Position numbers and translations under genes: made by a program
The notes under the pieces: model-generated
What the model saw: the letters and a program-made list of their open reading frames with translations, nothing else
What the model was told of the DNA's origin: nothing
Databases searched by the model: none
Shown here: positions 1-10,232 of the stretch, in pieces
Layout of the letters: each line of letters begins with the position of its first letter
Numbering within the stretch: position 1 is the stretch's first letter
NCBI RefSeq assembly: GCF_026802175.1
Contig: NZ_CP113797.1
Span: 719,026 to 783,025 of the forward strand
Direction: 5' to 3'
DNA length: 64,000 nucleotides
Origin: Thermocoleostomius sinensis A174
GTDB lineage: Bacteria > Cyanobacteriota > Cyanobacteriia > Elainellales > Elainellaceae

Positions 1-155
1 ATAGCTGCATAGCCTGCTGCCGCTGTAATGACGAAATCTAATGGCTGAAACAGAGCAATTCCCAAAAGCAAGCTGAGTCCTGCAACACCCCAAAACGGCA
101 GCGCTACTGTTTGTCGCTGGTTTTCGACTAATTGGCTCAAAGCATCTGTGGGCAT
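1..155 (-). CDS. Partial CDS: N-terminus of a putative membrane protein running off the window start (MPTDALSQLVENQRQTVALPFWGVAGLSLLLGIALF...)
   Basis: Open frame from the ATG at 153-155 (minus strand) to the window edge with no stop. The hydrophobic helix-like stretch looks protein-like. The frame is absent from the ORF track because it is truncated. A second open frame from 305 overlaps it, so the choice of frame is uncertain. Confidence 0.25.
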   Translation of the reverse strand, partial: MPTDALSQLVENQRQTVALPFWGVAGLSLLLGIALFQPLDFVITAAAGYAA

Positions 156-363
156 TTCGGATTGCTGTAGCTTTGATCTGCCGTTGCTCTGTGAGTGGCA
201 CTGATAGACCAATTTTTTGTCGAAGCTTTTCAATCTTGCGGGCGTCAGTACTGTATTGTGTTAACTCATCCTCTGCCATGAGGATCAAGCGTTCCAGTTG
301 TCCCATTTAGTTTTACTGAAAAAATTTTGTTGCACTAAATCACGGCTTCTAGCGGGCAATCGC

Positions 364-798
364 TCAGGATGGTCGATTAAATACCGATTGCACTCGAGTA
401 CTAATTTGAGCCACAAGCCCTTGAATACCGTTAGGGCTGGCGCTAGGGGGAACGGCTAGTTGAATGGGTTCATCTTTATATTCCTTTAGCCGATAGCCAT
501 ACTCCAACTGCTGCTGGTGCTTGCGCAATACCGGATAGAGGCGAACGGCTCCTTGCACTAGCTCATCTTGGCTACCAAAGATTGCTTGGTTGATTTGGTT
601 AGAACGTTTTACTGCGATCGCACCCACTGGATACCAGTGCTTTTTGCCCTGAATGCGAATGTAGACTTCATACTCTGGAAAATTGTCCGATCGCATTTGA
701 TCTAACTGCTTAGCAGCCTCAGCCCGCTGAGTCGATCGCTTAGACGGCTTGGGAGGAGCCGGGGGTTTGCCAAAGCCAAGACGAGTGTTCATTGCCAT
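364..798 (-). CDS. Conserved hypothetical protein, about 144 aa, with a basic Pro/Lys-rich N-terminus
   Basis: Clean ORF. The ORF-track start at 801 is TTG, and the first ATG is at 798. No family is recognisable from the sequence. Confidence 0.5.
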   Translation of the reverse strand: MAMNTRLGFGKPPAPPKPSKRSTQRAEAAKQLDQMRSDNFPEYEVYIRIQGKKHWYPVGAIAVKRSNQINQAIFGSQDELVQGAVRLYPVLRKHQQQLEYGYRLKEYKDEPIQLAVPPSASPNGIQGLVAQISTRVQSVFNRPS

Positions 799-956
799 CA
801 ACCTAAATTGTTATTAAAAGTGTCTTAATAAAAGTTTACAGCGTTTTAAGGAATTCTTAGCAACTTTTTGAGCAGGTTGCTTTAGATATGCTGGTTAGCT
901 GTGCCAAACGCGGTAAATCATGCTAAGACGGCTCGATTAGAGGTCATTAATGAGCC

Positions 957-2852
957 TTAGCCTAGGGATTGTTTATAGTGTTCCAGCAACACCGGCAAGT
1001 GATCGTATCCATCCACGCCAATGATGGGAACAATGGCCGATCGATACTGCGATCGCATGGTTTGAAAGGTATCGCCCAGTTGTCCCTCAAGAATAGTCAG
1101 TAGCCCGGCCGCCTGTCGCCACTCATTGGCTTGAATCTGTTCCAGCAGATACATGCTGACGAACGCTGCAAACAGAGCTTGTTCGCGATGTCCTAAGCTG
1201 TAGTGAGCTTCGGCTAGATAGAGCAGGTTCAGTCCTTGCAGATATAAATCACCAGACTTTTGGGCGGCTTGAAAGCCTTTTTCCAGGTAAGGAATCGCCG
1301 CTTGAGGTTGCTCAATTAACACATAGGCAATGCCGAGGCTGTGATAGCACAGCGATTGACTTTGCCGATCGCCCAGCTTTTCGGAAAGCTGCAAGCCTTG
1401 TTGTAAATAGCTAATCGGTAATTCGTATTCGTCTGGGTCAATGTGTTCTAGCTGCCGAGCCGAAACAATTTCGCTGTAGCCAAGATTAGTCAACGCATTG
1501 GCTTCTCCCAATCGATCGCCCACCTGCCGCGCCAACACCAGCGCTCGCTGGCTGTAGCCGATCGCTTCTGTATAGTCTTTTTGCGCGACATAGATACGAC
1601 TGAGGTGGTTGAGGTTAGCAATCTCACAGGCTTGGTCGGTCGCAGAGCGAGCAATGTCTAGGGCTTGTTGATGGAATTCAATTGCGCGATCGTAATCGCC
1701 CAATGCGCGGCGAGAATAGCCCAACAGCGTCAAAATGCGTGCTTTTTCTTGGGTTCCAGGCACCTGTCGCAGTGGTTCATCCAGATAATTCAGCGTTTCT
1801 TTCAAGTCGTTGCCGCCAAACAAAGCAAACACCCCTCCGTACATCGGGAAATAGGGCTGCTGGGAAAAGCGACGCAGAATTTGCAACATCATCTGAAAAC
1901 AGCCTTGAGACAGACGGTGGCGATCGTCTGGACTAAGCGAACTGGCGCGCTCAAACCCCAACGACAACTGATTCCAGATCACAGCAAACGTCAGAAATGT
2001 AGCAACCGATTGCTTAGTCCCCCATTTGGAATCATAGGGTTGCTTTTCAAACCAAGTCACTAAGCCTCGCTGCAAAAACTGCAAAACAATTACTAATTCC
2101 ACCCAATCCCGCACTGCAATCGTTGATTGACGCTGAATGGTTTCTTCAATTGATTGATTAGTGGTAATGACTTGAAACAACTGCTTGGGCAACGGGCTTG
2201 TCACCTGCTCAGCCCAGAGTTTCCATGGACCCCACTGACTGGGTGTACCTTCAAATCCGATTGCCGTAGGTACGTCATAGATCCAGCGAATCACATGATC
2301 TTCCAAGCGTTGTTGAGTTGCTAGCCCGCTATCAATCCCAGCGACAAGTTGCTGAATGACTTGCGGTTGTTCAATCTTTTTTGTTGAAATTGATTGATTT
2401 AATGACTGTACCAGTGCCTTTAACTGATCAGTACTCAATGCATTTGTCTGATTTGGATCAACCCAATCTAGCCAAGTTACTAATGTATCTTCCGAAGAAG
2501 ATTCTATAATCGATCGAGTAGCAGTAGATACGGCTGCCGTCAGGTGTTGTTCTTTTTGGTAACGCTCCCATTCTCCTTGAATTGCCTGTAACGCTCGTAG
2601 AATGCGAGTTGCTTTTGCTTGTTTTAGTTCATCGTCTATTTGAAGCTGAGTTTGTGTTTCCTCAAAGCGGGTTGCCAAACAGCGCTCAAAGATTTCTCCG
2701 GTTCCAGCCTCCACATCCTGAACCAACTGTTGATAGATTTGTTCTTTAGACCGCAGTTTGCCTTTCAGCGTAATTTCCACAATTTGATTGATTACAGCAA
2801 GATAGCGATCGGCAAATGGGCGAGCATCGGGAGAGGAAGCGTCGGATGGCAT
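957..2852 (-). CDS. TPR-repeat protein: C-terminal tetratricopeptide repeats with an uncharacterised 350-aa N-terminal domain
   Basis: The 631-aa ORF has an ATG start. Multiple TPR-like 34-aa repeats are visible (…ALGDYDRAIEFHQQALDIAR…, …AQKDYTEAIGYSQRALVLAR…, …LGDRLGEANALTNLGYS…). Confidence 0.7.
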   Translation of the reverse strand: MPSDASSPDARPFADRYLAVINQIVEITLKGKLRSKEQIYQQLVQDVEAGTGEIFERCLATRFEETQTQLQIDDELKQAKATRILRALQAIQGEWERYQKEQHLTAAVSTATRSIIESSSEDTLVTWLDWVDPNQTNALSTDQLKALVQSLNQSISTKKIEQPQVIQQLVAGIDSGLATQQRLEDHVIRWIYDVPTAIGFEGTPSQWGPWKLWAEQVTSPLPKQLFQVITTNQSIEETIQRQSTIAVRDWVELVIVLQFLQRGLVTWFEKQPYDSKWGTKQSVATFLTFAVIWNQLSLGFERASSLSPDDRHRLSQGCFQMMLQILRRFSQQPYFPMYGGVFALFGGNDLKETLNYLDEPLRQVPGTQEKARILTLLGYSRRALGDYDRAIEFHQQALDIARSATDQACEIANLNHLSRIYVAQKDYTEAIGYSQRALVLARQVGDRLGEANALTNLGYSEIVSARQLEHIDPDEYELPISYLQQGLQLSEKLGDRQSQSLCYHSLGIAYVLIEQPQAAIPYLEKGFQAAQKSGDLYLQGLNLLYLAEAHYSLGHREQALFAAFVSMYLLEQIQANEWRQAAGLLTILEGQLGDTFQTMRSQYRSAIVPIIGVDGYDHLPVLLEHYKQSLG

Positions 2853-3089
2853 GAGTTCAACCTCGATTCAACCTTGAATTCAACAAGAATCTGATATTCA
2901 GAGTAGCAAATTCAAGGCAATTACCTCTTCTGGGGTTTAATGGTGACGTTCAAGCCAAGATTTCCATTGGGGCGAGGGCAAAATCAGGGACAACGGCCGA
3001 TTGGATTCGATCGGCTCCGCTGTACACCTTGTCTTCGTAGAGTTTACTAACCCGTTGGCAGGAGATTGGTGTTAGTCTCATACCTAAAT

Positions 3090-4583
3090 TCAACAACGCC
3101 CCCGCATCCCTAATCCGTCTGTGTAAGCGCGAATCCGGGTTTGCAGTTGGCTAAAGTCAAAGTATTTGACTCGTCCTGTACTCGTTGCGTAGGTATTCCA
3201 GCCAAAGACGATTGCCATCGATACTAGCAGCGGTACACTGAAGCTCACGAGTAAATCACCACCGAATGGAATTGCCAACCACGGACTAAAATCAGGTTTG
3301 GGAAAGAATAGTGCTCCGGCGGCAATTCCGATGACGGCACTCCAGAAGGCCACTGCACCTGTTAGTTGCGACGAATATAACCCGTAGAGAATCGGGAAAA
3401 TTGCACCTGCACAAACTAAGTCTGCTAACAAAAACAAATACAGCACGTTATAACCTTGTGCGGCAATTAGCACCGCTATTAGCCCGATTGATACGACCAA
3501 AAATCGGGAAATACGAAGCAATCCAGGCGATCGTAATTGTGGAAAAAAACGAATTAAATCTAGTGTGAAGACACTAGTGATGCCATTGAGCAATGTATCT
3601 AGACTGCTCATCACCAATGCTAACGCCAGAATTAAAACTATGATCGTGAACCATGCTGGCAGAGAAAGTGCTTGAATTAACGAAAAGAAGGCTCGATCAT
3701 CGGTGAATCCTAGTCCAGCCGCAAAAATACCAAGCCAGCCAGCAATAAACAACATGGGTAATATCACTAAAAATGAGGTTAGAAACGAACGCTTTACAAC
3801 TTGATTATTGCGACAAGCATAAATTCGCTGCCAATTTCCCTGGTTAAACATCTCTGCTGCTAATACAGCAATCACAAGCGTTGCGCCAAATTTTATACCA
3901 GGAAGATTGCCAAAGGACAACAGGTCAGGCGTAGTCGATCGCACAGGTTCCAGCGCGACCCCCACCCCACCCAGAGCAGTTACTGTCACGATCAAGCTCA
4001 GGAGCAACAACGGCACGATTACAATCAATTGAACCGCATCGGTAAAAATGGTCGTTCCCAAGCCGCCATAAGTCGTATAAACAAACACAGCAGTAATCAC
4101 CACCAGCGCCGTCCAGCCCAACGGCACATCTGCCATAATCTGTACCGCTTTGGCAATGGCTGTCAACTCGGCCGCCAAGTAAATAAACATGTAAAATACA
4201 ATAATTGTCAGTGTTAACCCGTACATGGCGTTGCCAAATCGATATAGCACATACTCATTCAGCGAATGCCCGTATGGCATTAACCGACGAATGCGGGGGC
4301 CAATGCCGGCAAATACAGCAGCTGGCGTCGCTTGACCAATACAGTAGCCAATAATGCCAACCAGCCCACTGGTCGCACCAACTTCGGGCGGACTAAACAA
4401 AATCCACGCCCCCATTGCAGAGGCAACGATGGTTGCAAACGCCATCCAACTGCCAAACTGATTACGGCTGACCATATAGTCTTCCAGATCAATCACCTGC
4501 TTGCTGGCATGGAGAAGACCTAGTAGCGCAAAAATACCGGCTGTCACCAAGGTAACTAACAGCGCGATCGCTCCAATTGACAT
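3090..4583 (-). CDS. Sodium:solute symporter family (SSF) transporter, predicted thiamine or thiamine-precursor importer (ThiV-like) under TPP riboswitch control
   Basis: The 497-aa polytopic membrane protein carries the SSF signature …TYGGLGTTIFTDAVQ…. The ATG at 4581-4583 is preceded about 100 nt upstream by a THI-box aptamer on the same strand. Confidence 0.8.
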   Translation of the reverse strand: MSIGAIALLVTLVTAGIFALLGLLHASKQVIDLEDYMVSRNQFGSWMAFATIVASAMGAWILFSPPEVGATSGLVGIIGYCIGQATPAAVFAGIGPRIRRLMPYGHSLNEYVLYRFGNAMYGLTLTIIVFYMFIYLAAELTAIAKAVQIMADVPLGWTALVVITAVFVYTTYGGLGTTIFTDAVQLIVIVPLLLLSLIVTVTALGGVGVALEPVRSTTPDLLSFGNLPGIKFGATLVIAVLAAEMFNQGNWQRIYACRNNQVVKRSFLTSFLVILPMLFIAGWLGIFAAGLGFTDDRAFFSLIQALSLPAWFTIIVLILALALVMSSLDTLLNGITSVFTLDLIRFFPQLRSPGLLRISRFLVVSIGLIAVLIAAQGYNVLYLFLLADLVCAGAIFPILYGLYSSQLTGAVAFWSAVIGIAAGALFFPKPDFSPWLAIPFGGDLLVSFSVPLLVSMAIVFGWNTYATSTGRVKYFDFSQLQTRIRAYTDGLGMRGRC

Positions 4584-4677
4584 GTGTCCTTCAACCCCTT
4601 CAGTCTAGAATTAACAGGGCTAGAGGCAAAAAGCCATGAGAGGTAGAAACGAACCCGTCTCTAGATGAAATCTCGAC

Positions 4678-4768
4678 TCGTGCTTCCCTTCGCTGGCATT
4701 ACCCAGTCTCAGGTTCCGAGGGTGTAATCTCAGCCTGGCATTTAGCATCAGGCACCCCTAGCTTGAGG
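4678..4768 (-). promoter_or_regulatory. TPP (thiamine pyrophosphate) riboswitch, THI-box aptamer
   Basis: The minus-strand RNA reads CUAGGGGUGCCUGAUGCUAAAUGCCAGGCUGAGAUUACACCCUCGGAACCUGAGACUGGGUAAUGCCAGCGAAGGGAAGCA. It contains the invariant TPP elements GGGGUGCC, CUGAGA, ACCCU, GAACCUGA, UAAUGCCAGCG and AGGGA. It lies in the 5' leader of the SSF transporter gene. Confidence 0.85.
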
Positions 4769-4808
4769 TTAATCATAGCATTGTCGATCGTCGCATTCAC
4801 AAAAATTG

Positions 4809-5633
4809 CTAGTAATTCTTGATGAATAATTCATTGCCTTTAGGCGCATACTTGCGACCGTAGTTGTTCATGCCGTACTGTAGCTTCCACTCTTCTATGA
4901 TCTTGGCAAAGCTAAATAGCTCTCGAATTTCTGGAGAATCGTCATAGGTAATCAGCCAGCGATGGGAACATTGTTTCATGCATTCAGCAAAGCGATGATG
5001 ATCGAACGAAGTGTGCAAATCGCCTTTAATGCCATAGAGTTTGGATTTGGATGCTTTCCAGTAGGGCGGATCGAGAAACAGAAATACTTGTTTTCCCTCG
5101 GCTTGCAATAGACTTTCATAGTCTCCCCAAGTGATTTTCGTATTGACCAAATAGGGCGTTATTTGCCTTAGGCGATCGATTGATGACCAAGTAAATCGCG
5201 TTTCAAACGCCTGCTGAGAATAGCCGCCCGAATCCATCACACCAGAAAAGGTAATGCGATTCATAATAAAAAAACGAACAGCCCGATCGAACGCAGATGA
5301 AACTGATTTAGGTTCTTTTAATTTGGTATACAGTTCACGACCATCAGAATAGGTTTGTTTCAATACGGTGATGGCCGATAACAATCGATCGATGTCTGTT
5401 CTTGCGACTTTCCAGAAACAGTACAGATCATAATTTAAGTCATTAATCCAATAACTATATGCAGTAGACTGTCGCAGCGAGCTAATTGCCAAAAAGACCG
5501 AACCACCTCCGATGAACGGCTCGCGAAATTCAGTAATATCACTAGGAATTTGCGGCAAAATTCGATCGATCGCTTTAGATTTTCCACCCGGATAGCGTAA
5601 CGGGCTTCTCACAAACGATATTGACTGGTTCAT
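4809..5633 (-). CDS. DNA adenine (N6) methyltransferase, D12 class (Dam-like, probable GATC specificity), apparently an orphan
   Basis: 274 aa with an ATG start. Motifs RYPGGK, FIGGGSV (FxGxG SAM-binding) and DPPY (catalytic motif IV), in the order typical of alpha/D12-class Dam enzymes. No restriction-endonuclease-like ORF is adjacent. Confidence 0.8.
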   Translation of the reverse strand: MNQSISFVRSPLRYPGGKSKAIDRILPQIPSDITEFREPFIGGGSVFLAISSLRQSTAYSYWINDLNYDLYCFWKVARTDIDRLLSAITVLKQTYSDGRELYTKLKEPKSVSSAFDRAVRFFIMNRITFSGVMDSGGYSQQAFETRFTWSSIDRLRQITPYLVNTKITWGDYESLLQAEGKQVFLFLDPPYWKASKSKLYGIKGDLHTSFDHHRFAECMKQCSHRWLITYDDSPEIRELFSFAKIIEEWKLQYGMNNYGRKYAPKGNELFIKNY

Positions 5634-6010
5634 CGAGTGACGATAGAGGTGAGCACAATTGGGGTAAACAAAATTGTAGAAGAGTAACGGTGTAGAGGGC
5701 GCAAAAAATTATGAAGCATTGCTGCTTGAGTGTGTACCTGCTGAGATTCACCTGAAAGAGAGCTTGAAAGTCAATGCTAGGCTGATAAGCTAGAAAGCAT
5801 GAATGTACAAAACTCTGGATTTATTTATAGTTTTTTCAAGAATCTATAGTTAACGGCTAATATAGGGGCATCAATCTCTTCAATGCTGCAAGACGCTTCC
5901 AAAATCGGTCTTCGTTAGGGTGAAGGTAGGTATAGGTACTCGCGGGGTTTGTCCATGCAGGAACGATCTCCAGATTTTGCTTTCAGGTAAATCAGGTAGC
6001 CAAGTTAGAT

Positions 6011-9000
6011 ATGGAAGCTGATATGAGCCAGTCTCGTGAAGAACTGTTTGAAGAAGTGAGGCAACTGCGGTTGCGCGTCGCAGAACTTGAAACACAGTTG
6101 GCGGCTCAGTCCACTCCGGCAGTCGATCGAATCACCGATGGTTTCCTAGTTATCGATCGCGACTGGAAAATTGTTTACCTCAATCACTATCTTGAAACCG
6201 TCATTGACAGACCCCGGATTGACTTGATTGGGAAAAATGTGTGGCAGGAATATCCGCAGTTGGTAGATTCTGACATCTATCACAACTATCATGAGGCAAT
6301 GTTGACAGGGCGTCCTATTCACTTTGAAGCGTTTGAGCAGGTTTTTCATCGCTGGTGGGAAATTCACGTTTATCCTGATGCAACAGGGCTATCTATCTTC
6401 ATCAAAAATATTGATGAGCGCAAGCAGATTGAAACAGAGCAACAAGCGTTACTTGCAGAACTAACCGCCCTACAGGCGCGGTATGCCGTGGCAGATCAAG
6501 TTAGTCATCAAGTTCTCTACGAGTGGAATGTTAAGGCCGATCAAATCCTATGGGGAGCCAACACAGAACGAATTTTGGGCTATCCGGGTCCTGTCATGCC
6601 ACAAACGTTAGATCAATGGCTGGTCTTGGTTCACCCAGACGATCGCCCGCTCACACGTCGCACAATTGAGCAATCTTTGGCTGAATGTTCTTGCCTCCGA
6701 GCAGAATATCGGGTTCGTCATGATCAGGGACATTATGTTTGGATTAGCGATCAATGCCAGTTGTTGTTGCACCCTGACGGCAGCGTCGATCGCGCTGTTG
6801 GGGCGATTGTAGACATTACCGATCGCAAACAAGCAGAACAAACCCTGCGCGAGCAAGAAGAACTCTTTCGCCAAATTACTGAAACAATTCAGGAAGTTTT
6901 CTTCATTTGCGCCGCAGACTATAGCCAAATGTTTTACATCAGCCCGTCCTACGAATCCATTTGGGGACGTTCTTGCGAGAGCCTCTACCAAAATCCAGCA
7001 GCTTGGCTCGATTCAATTCATCCTCAAGATCGTAATCGCGTGGTGGTTGCCCTAGAGCAACAAGCTCAAGCAGATTCCTTTTCTCAGGAATACCGAATTA
7101 TTCGACCTGATGGCTCAATTCGCTGGATTTTCAGTCGATTGTCGTTCATTCGGAATCAATCAGGAGAACTCTACCGCATTGCTGGAATTGCCGAAGATAT
7201 TACCCAACGCAGACAGACCCAAAACGCTCTCAATGAATTGGCAGAATTCAACCAACACCTGATTGATAGCATCCAAGAAGGTGTCATTGTCTACGGACTA
7301 GATTTTCGCTATTTGGTGTGGAACCGAGCCATGGAACAGATGAGCGGTTTACGAGCCAGTACCGTTTTGGGCAAACGACCGCTGGAGGTGTTTCCATTTC
7401 TAGAAGAAACTGGCATCTATCAACTGTTGCTTCGATCGCTTGCTGGGGAAACGATTACGGCTCCAGATATCTATTTCCACATCCCAGAGACGGGTAAATC
7501 TGGTTGGACTTCCGCCAAATTCAGCCCTTTTCGTGACGCGAAAGGCAACATCATTGGGGTGATTGGCATCATTCATGACATTACTCATCGCAAACAAGTA
7601 GAACAGGTCCTGGAGCATCGACATGCGTTTGAACGGCTATTGGCTCAACTTTCGGCTGAATTCATTAATCTACCGTTGAACGACATAGATGCCCATCTCC
7701 AGCAGGGGCTTCAAACGATTGCCACCTTTGCCCAAGCTGATTGGGGTTGGATTTATCTCTATACCAATCATGAAACAGTTGCGACAAAAATATACGAATG
7801 GGTTGCACCCAATATCACGTCGCCGTTAGAAAACCTTTCAAGTCTCTCCATGACAACATTTGCATGGTCGATCGAGAAAATGCGTCAATTGCAACCGCTG
7901 TTTGTGGCAGACATTGCAGCATTACCACCTGAGGCCGAGGCTGAACGAGCTTCGGCTAGGGCGATCGGAGCTACCTCATTTTTAGCAGTTCCGTTAACCT
8001 ATCAGGGCAATTTGATTGGGTCATTGGGGTTTCACACCTTTGGGCGCTCTATGTCCTGGTCACCCGAAGATATCAACCTGTTCATGATGGTGGGAACCAT
8101 TTTTGCTGGTGCTATTCTGCGAAAGCAGAACGAACTGACGAATCAGACGGTGCTTCAGGCCATTCCCGATTTAATGATTCGCTATGATCGAAAGGGTGTA
8201 TACCTCGATATGGTGAATCCAGGCCGTATTAGGCTACTTAAACAGAAAGATGAATGCATTGGTAAATCGCTTCGTGAAATCTTTCCGCCTGATTTAGCTG
8301 AAGAAAGACTATATTACATTGAGAAAGCGTTTGAAACCAACACAATGCAAATCTATGAGTATGAAATAGAGGTGGCAGGGGAAATTCTCCATGAGGAAGC
8401 TCGAATCATTGTTAGTGGTACAGATGATGTGTTATGTATGGTTCGTGATATTGGCGATCGCAAGCGAGCCGAACAAGCTCTACAACAACAAGCTGAACGA
8501 TATAAACTAATTACAGAAATTACTCAAAACATTCATCAGTCGCTTGAGTTAAGCCAAATTTTAGACACAACTGTGACTGGAATTCGCCAGCTATTACAGA
8601 CCGATCGAGTTATATTCTACAGCTTTAAAGATGATTGCAGCGGAGTTGTCATGGCGGAATCCGTGAGTCCGGAATGGCCTTCTTTGCTGGGACAAACCCT
8701 GTTCGATAGCTGTTCTACAATTCAACAATGCTTCGCGTTGCACAAACAAACTGGGCATATGATTGCCGATATTCACTGTACAGAACCTGCCCCCCCCTGT
8801 GGTGCATTGTTACAGAATCTACAGGTGAAATCTAACCTTGTGGCACCCGTCTGGCAAGGAGAATTTTTGCGCGGCGTGCTGATGGCTCAACAGTGTGCTG
8901 AATCCCGACAATGGCAACCGTCCGATATCGATTTGCTGAAGCAATTAGCGAACCAAGTTGCGATTGCGATTTATCAATCTGACCTCTATCAACGTCTCCA

Positions 9001-9535
9001 GTCGGCCAATCAAGAACTGCAACGTTTAGCCTCCCTAGATGGATTAACTCAGGTTGCCAACCGTCGTCATCTTGATGAATATCTTGCTTGGCAGTGGCAA
9101 CAGCTTCAACGAGATGGCACCCCTCTGAGCCTTATTCTTTGTGACGTTGATGCGTTTAAGCTCTACAACGATCATTATGGACACCAAGCCGGGGATGACT
9201 GTTTGAAGCAAATTGCGCAAGCGATCGCTCAAACCGTTAAACGTCCTAGTGATTTAGTAGCTCGTTATGGAGGAGAAGAATTTGCGGCTGTTTTGCCCAA
9301 TACCAACCTTGAGGGAGCCAGGCATGTTGCACTGAACATTCAAACACAAATTGCTCAACTTCACATTCCTCACGCTTGCTCACCTGTCAGCGACTACATC
9401 ACCCTCAGCATGGGGATTGCGTCGGTAACTCCAACGACAACCACAACTCCAAAAATGTTGATTGCGAAAGCTGATCAAGCACTATATGCAGCAAAATCTC
9501 AAGGACGCAACGCTTACTGTATCAACAACGATTAA
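6011..9535 (+). CDS. Multi-sensor signalling protein: N-terminal coiled coil, multiple PAS/PAC and GAF domains, C-terminal GGDEF diguanylate cyclase domain
   Basis: 1174 aa. Repeated PAS-like segments (…HPDDR…, …IHPQDR…, …DITDRKQAEQ…), GAF-like segments, and a C-terminal GGDEF domain with RYGGEEF and the upstream DxLT…ANRR motif. Confidence 0.85.
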   Translation: MEADMSQSREELFEEVRQLRLRVAELETQLAAQSTPAVDRITDGFLVIDRDWKIVYLNHYLETVIDRPRIDLIGKNVWQEYPQLVDSDIYHNYHEAMLTGRPIHFEAFEQVFHRWWEIHVYPDATGLSIFIKNIDERKQIETEQQALLAELTALQARYAVADQVSHQVLYEWNVKADQILWGANTERILGYPGPVMPQTLDQWLVLVHPDDRPLTRRTIEQSLAECSCLRAEYRVRHDQGHYVWISDQCQLLLHPDGSVDRAVGAIVDITDRKQAEQTLREQEELFRQITETIQEVFFICAADYSQMFYISPSYESIWGRSCESLYQNPAAWLDSIHPQDRNRVVVALEQQAQADSFSQEYRIIRPDGSIRWIFSRLSFIRNQSGELYRIAGIAEDITQRRQTQNALNELAEFNQHLIDSIQEGVIVYGLDFRYLVWNRAMEQMSGLRASTVLGKRPLEVFPFLEETGIYQLLLRSLAGETITAPDIYFHIPETGKSGWTSAKFSPFRDAKGNIIGVIGIIHDITHRKQVEQVLEHRHAFERLLAQLSAEFINLPLNDIDAHLQQGLQTIATFAQADWGWIYLYTNHETVATKIYEWVAPNITSPLENLSSLSMTTFAWSIEKMRQLQPLFVADIAALPPEAEAERASARAIGATSFLAVPLTYQGNLIGSLGFHTFGRSMSWSPEDINLFMMVGTIFAGAILRKQNELTNQTVLQAIPDLMIRYDRKGVYLDMVNPGRIRLLKQKDECIGKSLREIFPPDLAEERLYYIEKAFETNTMQIYEYEIEVAGEILHEEARIIVSGTDDVLCMVRDIGDRKRAEQALQQQAERYKLITEITQNIHQSLELSQILDTTVTGIRQLLQTDRVIFYSFKDDCSGVVMAESVSPEWPSLLGQTLFDSCSTIQQCFALHKQTGHMIADIHCTEPAPPCGALLQNLQVKSNLVAPVWQGEFLRGVLMAQQCAESRQWQPSDIDLLKQLANQVAIAIYQSDLYQRLQSANQELQRLASLDGLTQVANRRHLDEYLAWQWQQLQRDGTPLSLILCDVDAFKLYNDHYGHQAGDDCLKQIAQAIAQTVKRPSDLVARYGGEEFAAVLPNTNLEGARHVALNIQTQIAQLHIPHACSPVSDYITLSMGIASVTPTTTTTPKMLIAKADQALYAAKSQGRNAYCINND

Positions 9536-9602
9536 TACGTATCAGCAACACTGCTTACCAGAACACTTTGGCTGGTCAGTTCGCTGGTTTGACATCGCTG
9601 CT

Positions 9603-10232
9603 TCATTTTTTAGCACGAAGCCGAACTAAGTATTCTTCATCTTTACGACTCTCAATCGAATTGGTGGGCTGCACGATCGACACAATTTCAAAGGCGGGAG
9701 AAAACCGTTGGAGGATTTCGTCGGGGCTGGTGCCAAAGGGCGGGCCGCCGGGACGATTGTGGGCCCAAAACAGGGCAATCAGTTCACCATGCGGCCGCAA
9801 AATCGATCGCACCAGATAGACATAATCTTCGCGTTGTTCGGGCAAAATGGCACAATAACAAGTATGTTCCAACACATAGTCGAATTGGTGGGCAAATTCA
9901 GCAGGTAAGTCAAAAATATCGCGTTGTAGAAATTGCGCTGACACACCGCGAGACTGAGCCGCTGCCGTAGCTGCCTCGATCGCCGAGGGAGCAAAGTCAA
10001 ACCCCACCACCTCAAAGCCTCGATCGGCAAACAGGAGGGCGTCGTGGCCCCGTCCAGCCCCCAATACGGCAATTCGTCCCGGCTTAGGAGCATCCGCAGC
10101 GTCTAGCAGCGTCACAAATGGTGGAGCAGGTTGTCCCAAATCCCAACGAGTTGTGCCTTCTTGATAGCGGCCTTCCCAGAAGTCGGGGGTGAGGGGTTGG
10201 GGGTTGGGGGGTAAGGGTTGGGAGTGGGACAT
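9603..10232 (-). CDS. SAM-dependent methyltransferase, thiopurine/thiol methyltransferase (TPMT) family
   Basis: FWEGRYQEGTTRWDLG, followed by the GxGxG SAM motif VLGAGRGHDAL, is characteristic of TPMT, thiol and halide methyltransferases. The start is ambiguous: the track start at 10295 is upstream, and the ATG at 10232 gives MSHSQPLPP…. Confidence 0.7.
   Translation of the reverse strand: MSHSQPLPPNPQPLTPDFWEGRYQEGTTRWDLGQPAPPFVTLLDAADAPKPGRIAVLGAGRGHDALLFADRGFEVVGFDFAPSAIEAATAAAQSRGVSAQFLQRDIFDLPAEFAHQFDYVLEHTCYCAILPEQREDYVYLVRSILRPHGELIALFWAHNRPGGPPFGTSPDEILQRFSPAFEIVSIVQPTNSIESRKDEEYLVRLRAKK

Noticed and set aside
1665-2063. Plus-strand ORFs inside the TPR gene region
   Set aside because: Antisense shadow ORFs with no support.
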